From positions 1-45,563 of the forward strand of contig JAYSYX010000048.1 of assembly GCA_043727235.1 (NCBI GenBank): a stretch of DNA of 45,563 bases, given 5' to 3'. Both the position numbers and the translations under genes were made by a program. Every line of letters starts with the position of its first letter. Positions within the stretch are counted from its first letter, which is position 1. Below are positions 26,079 to 33,958 of this stretch, piece by piece. Source of the stretch: Bacteroidota bacterium (GTDB lineage Bacteria > Bacteroidota > Bacteroidia > Chitinophagales > BACL12). The notes under the pieces were generated by a model. The model searched no databases. It was not told the origin of the DNA and was given only the letters and a program-made list of their open reading frames with translations.

Positions 26079-26963
26079 TTACGCTCCCTGAAGCGCCGCA
26101 GCGCCACTAACGATCTCAGTTAATTCAGTTGTAATCGCAGCCTGACGAGCTCGGTTGTAAGAAATTTTAAGATCTTTCAGCAATTCATTTGCATTGTCGG
26201 ATGCTTTGTCCATGGCAGTCATTCGCGCACCGTGTTCTGAAGCATTGCTGTCGAGAATATATCTGTAGAATGTAGTATTTAATATTTTCGGAACAAGTTC
26301 CTCTATCATTGCTTCCTTTTCCGGATCAAAAATATAATCAGCTTTGGTCTTCTTTTCGGTTTTGCTTTCTATTTTTTTAATGGGAAGAAATTGTTCCGTT
26401 TCTAAAAATTGTGTAGCTGCATTTTTGAAGCGATTATAGATCACCATCACTTCATCAAAATCTTTCCTCACAAAACCATCTTTTATATAATCGGTTGCAC
26501 GTGTCACATTTTCGAAACTCACTTTGTGAAATAATTCTTTAAAATCGATTATCTGCGGATAATTAGTGCGCTTCATAACATCATGCGCTTTTTTTCCGAT
26601 GAACATCAATTTAATATTCTGATTATTAAGATGACTATACTTTTCTTCAATTAATCTTTTTGCTGCTTTAACAACATTTCCGTTAAATGCGCCGCATAAT
26701 CCTTTATCAGAAGTAATTAACACGATCAAAACATTTTTCACCTCGCGTTCTTTGGCAAATTCTATTTTTACATCTCCCTGAGAAGCGCCTGCAATATTGC
26801 TGAGCAATTCCCCCATTTTCATGGCATAGGGTCGCATTTGCACCACTGCTTCCTGTGCTCTGCGCAACTTGGCAGCACTCACCATTTTCATGGCCTTGGT
26901 GATCTGCTGTGTGCTTATCACCGAAGTAATTCGGGTGCGGACTTCTTTTAATTTACCTGACAT
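26079..26963 (-). CDS. atpG: F0F1 ATP synthase subunit gamma
   Basis: N-terminus LKEVRTRITSVISTQQITKAMKMVSAAKLRRAQ and C-terminus NRARQAAITTELTEIVSGAAAL are hallmark gamma-subunit helices. Its operon position is after atpA. Confidence 0.95.
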   Translation of the reverse strand: MSGKLKEVRTRITSVISTQQITKAMKMVSAAKLRRAQEAVVQMRPYAMKMGELLSNIAGASQGDVKIEFAKEREVKNVLIVLITSDKGLCGAFNGNVVKAAKRLIEEKYSHLNNQNIKLMFIGKKAHDVMKRTNYPQIIDFKELFHKVSFENVTRATDYIKDGFVRKDFDEVMVIYNRFKNAATQFLETEQFLPIKKIESKTEKKTKADYIFDPEKEAMIEELVPKILNTTFYRYILDSNASEHGARMTAMDKASDNANELLKDLKISYNRARQAAITTELTEIVSGAAALQGA

Positions 26964-26969
26964 GTATTG

Positions 26970-28553
26970 TTATGCAGTTTTATATTGTTTACTCATGTCG
27001 GCTCCGATTTTTTCCATCAATGCCGTCATTTCGTCGGTTAATTTACCCGCTTTAAGATCGTTTAATAATTCTTTATTGTGTGCCTCTAAATAGGTAACAT
27101 AAGCATCTTCAAACTGCTTTATTTTTTCAACCGGAATTTCCGTTAATAAACCTCTTGTTCCCAAATAAATAATTGCAATTTGTTTTTCTACCGACATTGG
27201 GGAATATTGTTTTTGTTTCAATATTTCCACGTTTCGTTTTCCTTTATTTAAAACCGCCATTGTTGCAGCATCAAGATCGGAACCGAATTTAGAGAAAGCC
27301 TCTAATTCGCGATATTGTGCCTGATCTAATTTTAATGTTCCGGCAACTTTTTTCATCGATTTGATCTGTGCATTTCCACCCACGCGACTTACAGAAATAC
27401 CCACGTTAATTGCTGGACGAACTCCTGAGTTAAATAAATTTGTTTCCAAAAATATCTGACCATCAGTAATAGAAATTACGTTTGTTGGAATATATGCAGA
27501 AACGTCACCTGCCTGTGTTTCAATAATTGGTAATGCCGTTAATGATCCGCCACCTTTAACTAAATGTTTAATAGTATCAGGAAGATCGTTCATTTGTGAA
27601 GCGATAAGATCGTTGTTGATGATCTTTGCTGCGCGTTCCAATAAACGACTGTGCAGATAAAATACATCTCCCGGATATGCTTCACGTCCCGGTGGGCGAC
27701 GTAATAATAATGATACCTCGCGATAAGCAACAGCTTGTTTCGAAAGATCATCATAAATAATTAATGCAGGACGTCCTGTATCTCTGAAAAATTCTCCAAT
27801 AGCAGCGCCGGCGAAAGGTGCATAAAATTGTAAAGGCGCAGGATCAGATGCAGATGCTGCAACAATTACCGTATACTCCATCGCACCGTGATCAGTTAAT
27901 GTTTTTGCAACCTGAGCAACAGTAGAGTTTTTTTGTCCGCATGCAACGTAAATACAATAAACAGGATTTCCGGCTTCAAAAAATTCTCTTTGATTGATAA
28001 TAGTATCAATTGCAATTGCCGTTTTTCCTGTCTGGCGATCGCCGATGATCAACTCACGCTGACCTCTTCCGATCGGGATCATGGCATCAATTGGTTTCAA
28101 ACCTGTTTGAAGTGGTTCATTCACCGGCTGACGATAAATTACACCGGGAGCTTTTCTTTCCAAAGGCATTTCATAAAGATCACCACTCAATGGACCTTTT
28201 CCATCAATAGGTTCTCCCAATGCATTTACAACGCGGCCAAGCATGCTTTCGCCTACTTTAATGCTCGCGATATTTCCTGTGCGTCGAACAGTATCTCCTT
28301 CTTTAATATTATCACTTGCACCCATTAATACCACACCCACATTATCTTCCTCCAGGTTCAAAACGATTGCGCGAACACCATTTTCAAATGATACAAGTTC
28401 TCCGGATTTTGCATTATTTAATCCATAAATACGTGCAATACCATCACCTACTTGCAATACAGTTCCAACTTCTTCTAATTCAGAACTTGTTTTGAAGTTG
28501 CTTAACTGCTGGCGAAGAATCGCGGAAATTTCATCAGGTTTTACGTCTACCAT
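26970..28553 (-). CDS. atpA: F0F1 ATP synthase subunit alpha
   Basis: 527 aa with Walker [16 protein letters not shown], plus the conserved segments [41 protein letters not shown]. Confidence 0.97.
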   Translation of the reverse strand: MVDVKPDEISAILRQQLSNFKTSSELEEVGTVLQVGDGIARIYGLNNAKSGELVSFENGVRAIVLNLEEDNVGVVLMGASDNIKEGDTVRRTGNIASIKVGESMLGRVVNALGEPIDGKGPLSGDLYEMPLERKAPGVIYRQPVNEPLQTGLKPIDAMIPIGRGQRELIIGDRQTGKTAIAIDTIINQREFFEAGNPVYCIYVACGQKNSTVAQVAKTLTDHGAMEYTVIVAASASDPAPLQFYAPFAGAAIGEFFRDTGRPALIIYDDLSKQAVAYREVSLLLRRPPGREAYPGDVFYLHSRLLERAAKIINNDLIASQMNDLPDTIKHLVKGGGSLTALPIIETQAGDVSAYIPTNVISITDGQIFLETNLFNSGVRPAINVGISVSRVGGNAQIKSMKKVAGTLKLDQAQYRELEAFSKFGSDLDAATMAVLNKGKRNVEILKQKQYSPMSVEKQIAIIYLGTRGLLTEIPVEKIKQFEDAYVTYLEAHNKELLNDLKAGKLTDEMTALMEKIGADMSKQYKTA

Positions 28554-28691
28554 GATCTAATATTTAGTAATTTGTTAATTGTCAATTTGTTAATTTATTT
28601 AATCCTTCTCAACCTTTTAATTGAGACTACTATTTTAATGTTATCGAAAATCCCCATTTGCTAATTTGCTAATTGGCTAATTTGCTAATTA
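28554..28691 (+). repeat. family-B repeat unit inside the atpH-atpA intercistronic spacer
   Basis: TAATTTGTTAATTG..ATTTAATCC ... CCCCATTTGCTAATTTGCTAATTGGCTAATTTGCTAATT. The same head and tail motifs are seen in the tandem array at 43955-44425. Confidence 0.7.
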
Positions 28692-29252
28692 TCAAAATTT
28701 TCGAACATAATCATTATTATCAAACTCATCTTTCAATATTGTCAATCCTCTTCTTATACTGTTGTCTATCAATTTATCTTCCCACTGTAAAATATATCCT
28801 CCCACAAGATCTGCATCTACTTTTGTTTCCAATTTAATTGTTTTAAGGTGGGCAGATTGTTTTAATTTATTGAGCACTTCATCAATTGCATCTTTCGAAA
28901 GTTCAGTTGCGGAGGTGATAATAACAGGGGTAATTCCTTTTAAAACATTGTATTGATGTATAAAAGAATCAATAATTTCCGGCAAATGCGATTCGCGGTT
29001 CTTGCGCATCAAAATATCCATGAAATTTTCGGTGATGTCCGTTATTTTACCGTGGAATATCAGTTTGGTGACTTCCATTTTTTTATCTCCGGTAACGATC
29101 GGACTTTTCAGCATCAGATAAAATTCACGCACCTTATCAGTGGTTTCATTTAATAAACGCATATCATTGCTTACCTCTTCTAATTTCCCTTTTTCAAGAG
29201 CAAGGTCTATGATAGATTTTGCGTAACGGTATGCGAGTTTTGTTGATGACAT
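28692..29252 (-). CDS. atpH: F0F1 ATP synthase subunit delta (OSCP)
   Basis: 186 aa between atpF and atpA. It has an OSCP-like N-terminus (YRYAKSIIDLALEKGKLEEV) and C-terminal ..DLVGGYILQWEDKLIDNSIR. Confidence 0.9.
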   Translation of the reverse strand: MSSTKLAYRYAKSIIDLALEKGKLEEVSNDMRLLNETTDKVREFYLMLKSPIVTGDKKMEVTKLIFHGKITDITENFMDILMRKNRESHLPEIIDSFIHQYNVLKGITPVIITSATELSKDAIDEVLNKLKQSAHLKTIKLETKVDADLVGGYILQWEDKLIDNSIRRGLTILKDEFDNNDYVRKF

Positions 29253-29257
29253 TGTAA

Positions 29258-29770
29258 TTAATTCACTTTAATTTCGTCAACTAATTGTTTGATATATTTT
29301 TCCTGATCAGCTTTATTATCCAATTCTCTTTTTAAGATCTTTTCACTCACTTCCAACACCATATTTCCAACATTGTTTTTGATCTCGATCAAAGCCGCCA
29401 TTTTCTGATTATTGATTGCCTGTTTCGCTTCATCAACAATTCGATTATATTCCACATTTGCTTTTTCACGTGCTTCGGTGATGAGCATATCTTTCGCTTC
29501 TTTAGCCTCGCGCAACATTTTACTTCTTTCTTCTCGGGCTTCATTCAAAATGCGCTCATTATCCGCTTTCATATGACTCATTTCTTCACGCGCTTTTTGT
29601 GCCTGATGCAAAGATTCTGTAATACCATCCTCGCGTTTTTTTAATGCAGCCTTTATTGGTCCGAAAGCATATTTGTTCAGCACCCATAAAACCACAAGAA
29701 ATACAACAACCGTCCAGATAAATAAACCCGGATCCGGTGTTACGATGTCGAATGAACCTAGTAATAACAT
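29258..29770 (-). CDS. atpF: F0F1 ATP synthase subunit b
   Basis: One N-terminal TM helix (LFIWTVVVFLVVLWVLNKYAFGPI) followed by a long charged helix. Its operon position is between atpE and atpH. Confidence 0.9.
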   Translation of the reverse strand: MLLLGSFDIVTPDPGLFIWTVVVFLVVLWVLNKYAFGPIKAALKKREDGITESLHQAQKAREEMSHMKADNERILNEAREERSKMLREAKEAKDMLITEAREKANVEYNRIVDEAKQAINNQKMAALIEIKNNVGNMVLEVSEKILKRELDNKADQEKYIKQLVDEIKVN

Positions 29771-29796
29771 TTGGTAATTTTTTAATTTATTAAGTT

Positions 29797-29872
29797 GTTA
29801 ATCTGCCGCGGCAGATTAACAAATTGAAAATGATATAATTTTTCGGCAGCAACCAACCGTTGCCACCGAAAA
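29797..29872 (-). promoter_or_regulatory. two stem-loops in the atpE-atpF spacer (no U-tract)
   Basis: Perfect 10-bp stem GTTAATCTGC-CGCG-GCAGATTAAC (29797-29820) and a 14-bp stem with a 2-nt internal mismatch, TTTTCGGCAGCAAC-CAAC-GTTGCCACCGAAAA (29840-29872). Neither is followed by a U-run on the transcribed strand. Confidence 0.55.
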
Positions 29873-29882
29873 ATATTTTTGA

Positions 29883-30146
<264 letters not shown>

Positions 30147-30158
30147 TTAAAATAATAA

Positions 30159-31298
30159 TTAATGATGTGCTTCAGCTGCATGTTCATGATGTTCTTCCTG
30201 TGCCAATGAAATAAATAGTGCACTTAACATCGTGAAAATAAATGCTTGTAAAAATGCAACCAGCAATTCCAGAAAACTCATAAAAATTGCAAAAGGAATA
30301 GCAACAATGGATGCACCTAAACCTGCACCTAAACTTTCACCTGCTTTTCCAAAAATAAATATCAATCCCACCAAACTGATAATAATAATATGACCCGCTG
30401 TGATGTTTGCAAAGAGTCGTATCATTAATGCAACCGGTTTAATAAATATTCCTAAAAATTCAATTGGAACTAAAATAACCTTTACCCATCCCGGTACTCC
30501 GGGTGGATTAAATATATGTCCCCAATAATATTTATTTGCATGTAAATTGGTCAACAAAAATACCATAAGTGCCAAAGCTGCGGTTACCGCAATATTTCCA
30601 GTAAGATTTGGATTTGCTATAAATGGAATCAAACCAAGCATATTGGAAATCCAGATAAAAAAGAACACCGTTAACATAAAAGGAAGGTAACGATCTGTTT
30701 TATTGCCGAGATTTGGTTTTACCACTTCATCGCGAACGAAAAGAATAAGTGGCTCCATAAAACTTTGTAATCCCTTGGGAGCCTGCCCTTCTCTTCTGCG
30801 GTAGGCTTTGGCAACAGAGGTGAAAACTAATATCATAATTAGGGAAACTATGAGTAAAGTGGCCACATTCTTAGTTATGGATAGATCTAAAACAAAAGCA
30901 CCATCTTCATGGACAATTTTTCCACTTTCATTGTAATAAAATCCTTTGTATGTTTCTCCTGTATGTAAGTGATCGTTGCCAATTAACCCTAATGAACTAT
31001 CGTGACCATGATCATGCAGGCTATCTGTTATTGGCTGTATAACATGAACCTCTTCGTTGCCATGCTGTGCTTCCGGCATTTTATTGCTCATGAAAAAATG
31101 AACGCCGTTGTGAATCACTATACAAGGTAAGGGAATGGTTACATTGCCCACAATATGCCACTCATGAGCATCTGCAACGTGATGCATTGCAAATTCCTTA
31201 GGGTCGTAAGCGCCTTCGCTACCTGATGCCGAAACATCAGAAATACCAATGATAACAATACTTAAAAAGGTAAGAAAAACGGTGATAACTAGCTTCAC
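30159..31298 (-). CDS. atpB: F0F1 ATP synthase subunit a (long N-terminal, His-rich form)
   Basis: The C-terminal half has the conserved a-subunit helices including LMIRLFANITAGHIII (essential Arg). I prefer the GVK.. GTG start at 31298 (MKLVITVFLTFLSIVIIGISDVSA) because a TACCTTTG -7 box overlaps the track's TTG start at 31325. The alternative start is 31325. Confidence 0.85.
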   Translation of the reverse strand: MKLVITVFLTFLSIVIIGISDVSASGSEGAYDPKEFAMHHVADAHEWHIVGNVTIPLPCIVIHNGVHFFMSNKMPEAQHGNEEVHVIQPITDSLHDHGHDSSLGLIGNDHLHTGETYKGFYYNESGKIVHEDGAFVLDLSITKNVATLLIVSLIMILVFTSVAKAYRRREGQAPKGLQSFMEPLILFVRDEVVKPNLGNKTDRYLPFMLTVFFFIWISNMLGLIPFIANPNLTGNIAVTAALALMVFLLTNLHANKYYWGHIFNPPGVPGWVKVILVPIEFLGIFIKPVALMIRLFANITAGHIIIISLVGLIFIFGKAGESLGAGLGASIVAIPFAIFMSFLELLVAFLQAFIFTMLSALFISLAQEEHHEHAAEAHH

Positions 31299-31322
31299 TT
31301 CAGGTGGTTTTAAAATCCGCCG

Positions 31323-31330
31323 CAAAGGTA
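31323..31330 (-). promoter_or_regulatory. candidate -7 box (TACCTTTG) of the atp operon
   Basis: The minus strand reads TACCTTTG (TAnnTTTG), 24 nt upstream of the GTG at 31298. There is no other gene between it and the divergent 31471 gene. Confidence 0.4.
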
Positions 31331-31443
31331 GCCTTTGTAATCCAAAAATAAAAGCAAAATGAAAAGTATTAAACCTAAAACCTCTTTTTACGAAAAACCT
31401 ATATTTAAGGTGTGTATTATTTGGTTTTATTCAGGCAAAAATT

Positions 31444-31451
31444 TAGATTTG
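31444..31451 (+). promoter_or_regulatory. candidate -7 box (TAGATTTG) of the 31471 gene
   Basis: Exact TAnnTTTG match 19 nt upstream of ATG 31471. Confidence 0.4.
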
Positions 31452-31470
31452 ATATCTAAACACTACAATT

Positions 31471-33666
31471 ATGAAAACTATCCAAACACTCTTGTTAGCC
31501 CTTACCTTTTTATGCCTTTCAACTCCAACATTTTCTCAATCAATAATGTGGGAAAAAAACTACGGGGGAGACCAGTACGACTGGGGCCGCGACATTTTAG
31601 CCCTTGAAAACGGAAACCTTATCTATCTCTGCACGGCAAGGTCATTTGGATATGATTTGAGTGATGCGGGAAACCATGCTTTGGGTGATTTTTGGGTGGT
31701 GGAAACTGATGATATGGGCAATATTCTCTGGAGTAAATGTTATGGAGGAACCGGAATAGAGCACGCCCGATCTATAATTTTGGATGAGGACGGAAACTAT
31801 GTTGTTTGCGGGCACAGTGAATCCACAGATGGAGATATTACAGGAAATCACGGTCTTAACGACAGCTGGGTGATCAGAATCTCCCCGACCGGCACCTTAT
31901 TGCAGGAAAAAAGTTTTGGTGGAAGCAGTGAGGAATATATTTACGATATTATTGAAACTTCTGACGGTGGTTATGCCTTTGCCTCAGGAACCCGTTCCAA
32001 CGACGGCGATGTGAGTGGTTTACATACCAGTCCGGGACGCCAGGAACTCGATTTTTGGGTTGTGAAACTCGATACCGATTTCAATATCGAATGGCAGCGC
32101 TGTTTTGGCGGAACTGAGGCCGACCAGGCTCAGGATATTATTGAAACTCCCGAAGGAGATTTCATTGTAACGGGTTGGACCAATTCCCCTGATGGTGATG
32201 TAACTGGTTATCACCCGGCAGTAGATGGCGGTGGCGGTGGATATTATGATTATGATGCGTCAAAAATATCTGACCTATGGTTGATAAGAGTAAGCAATTC
32301 GGGTGATTTGATGTGGCAAAAAACGTATGGTGGCTCAGGTTACGATTTTGGTAAAAATCTTATTGATGACGGTTCCGGTAATTATATGGTTGTGGGTTAT
32401 TCCTCTTCTGCCGACTATGATGTAAATGCCTGCGAATATCCGGGAGTATGGACATTGAGGGTGGATGGAAATGGTAATATACTCAAACAATATTGTTATG
32501 GTGAATCCGGAGATTATTGGATGGCTGCTTCGCGCACATCAGATGGCGGATATATTTATACGATGGAAGCAGATGAAAATGAAGGTGTTGCTATGTGCGA
32601 ATTTGGCGTGTATGATAATTATTGGGTTTTTAAAACTGATGCTCAGGGTCGCATTTTGTGGCAAACCTGTGTTGGTGGAAATAGTTGGGATTATCCATAT
32701 GCCGTGGAAGAAACCTCCGATGGAAATTTTATCGTAATTGGATCCATTGCCGATGATGGCATTGATATCAGTGCCTTGTATGGTGTAAAACACGATATCT
32801 GGGTTGTAAAAATTGCTAATGATGCAGCATCAAATTCCATATTTATAAATACTTTCCCCGGTGAAGCATTATGCCCCGGGACAGATATTGAAGTTCCTAT
32901 AGCCGCATATGGAGTTTACATGACCGGGAATATATTTTCGGTGGAACTTTCCGATGAAAATGGAATCTTCGATACTCCACAAATTATTGCGAGTGTTAGC
33001 AGCAAAAAAAGCGGAGCACAGGATATAGAAGCAACATTACCCGGGGATATGATTCCGGGTGGCGATTATCGAATTCGTGTTACAAGTTCTAATCCCCCAA
33101 CAAGTGGAAGTGCTAATCAGGGAGATATTACAACCTGTCCTACGCCGGCAACTGCTAACGATATGGTGCTTTCTTCCACAAGTGCTCAGCTAAGCTGGGG
33201 AGCAGTAAATTGTGCAGAGAGCTATACCATAAGTTACAAACCAACAACCTCTCCAACATGGTTGACGGCAACTTCAGCATCAGAAACATTAATACTAACG
33301 GGTTTAATTCCTGACACAAAATATAAATGGAAAGTACGTTCCAATTGTTCTGTAACACCAATTGATAATTCATCTTACACTGCAGTTTTAGAAAGTTTTA
33401 AAACACTTCCTTTGCGTGCTTCTCAAATGCCTGCAAATGAATTTAGTATTTACCCAAATCCTGCTGCAGAAAATATTACTGTACAATTAAATTACAACAG
33501 CAATGCACAATTTGAAATTTATGCCGCTGATGGAAAATTAATTTCTTCAGGAAATATTACGGGAGAAAATAATATTTTAAATATAAGCGATCTTGCAGCA
33601 GGAATTTATGTTATGCATGTTTCTGATAACAGTACAATTTCTGCACATACTTTTGTAAAAGAATAA
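31471..33666 (+). CDS. T9SS-secreted protein: 7-repeat propeller-like array, Ig-like domain, FN3 domain, type A CTD
   Basis: Signal peptide MKTIQTLLLALTFLCLSTPTFSQ, then seven ~58-73-aa units (W.K.YGG...D....I.E.SDGGY...G.T.S.DGDV.G.HG..D.WV.K....G...). An FN3-like segment follows (LSSTSAQLSWGAVNCAESYTISYKP...TKYKWKVRSNC). CTD is FSIYPNPAAENITVQL...GIYVMHVSDNSTISAHTFVKE. Confidence 0.9.
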   Translation: MKTIQTLLLALTFLCLSTPTFSQSIMWEKNYGGDQYDWGRDILALENGNLIYLCTARSFGYDLSDAGNHALGDFWVVETDDMGNILWSKCYGGTGIEHARSIILDEDGNYVVCGHSESTDGDITGNHGLNDSWVIRISPTGTLLQEKSFGGSSEEYIYDIIETSDGGYAFASGTRSNDGDVSGLHTSPGRQELDFWVVKLDTDFNIEWQRCFGGTEADQAQDIIETPEGDFIVTGWTNSPDGDVTGYHPAVDGGGGGYYDYDASKISDLWLIRVSNSGDLMWQKTYGGSGYDFGKNLIDDGSGNYMVVGYSSSADYDVNACEYPGVWTLRVDGNGNILKQYCYGESGDYWMAASRTSDGGYIYTMEADENEGVAMCEFGVYDNYWVFKTDAQGRILWQTCVGGNSWDYPYAVEETSDGNFIVIGSIADDGIDISALYGVKHDIWVVKIANDAASNSIFINTFPGEALCPGTDIEVPIAAYGVYMTGNIFSVELSDENGIFDTPQIIASVSSKKSGAQDIEATLPGDMIPGGDYRIRVTSSNPPTSGSANQGDITTCPTPATANDMVLSSTSAQLSWGAVNCAESYTISYKPTTSPTWLTATSASETLILTGLIPDTKYKWKVRSNCSVTPIDNSSYTAVLESFKTLPLRASQMPANEFSIYPNPAAENITVQLNYNSNAQFEIYAADGKLISSGNITGENNILNISDLAAGIYVMHVSDNSTISAHTFVKE

Positions 33667-33683
33667 AATTATTTTTTATATTT

Positions 33684-33719
33684 AAATCCGTTGAAAATTT
33701 TTCAACGGATTTTTTTTTA
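33684..33719 (+). terminator. rho-independent terminator
   Basis: Near-perfect palindrome AAATCCGTTGAAAA-T-TTTTCAACGGATTT followed by a T-run, 18 nt after the stop at 33666. Confidence 0.8.
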
Positions 33720-33958
33720 TTTAAATTGAGGATAAAAAAAATTTATTCCTTCATTTTTTTTCTTCACCTCCCTCAGACCTCACAGGTTAAAATAAACCTG
33801 GTAGGTCGAGGGCATTCATAAAATATATTATGACTTATCATTTTCTGTTAAATTATTATAACATAGAAATTAATGCCTACGGTATAAAAGAATAATCAGG
33901 TTTGATAAACCTAACATGTAGTTTAAAAAATTAATGTTTAAAAAAAGGAAATAAAATC

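Noticed and set aside
26869-29153. Plus-strand ORFs inside atpG/atpA/atpH (26869-27093, 27933-28328, 28243-28428, 28762-28956, 28953-29153)
   Set aside because: They are antisense to highly conserved ATP synthase genes and have no independent support.
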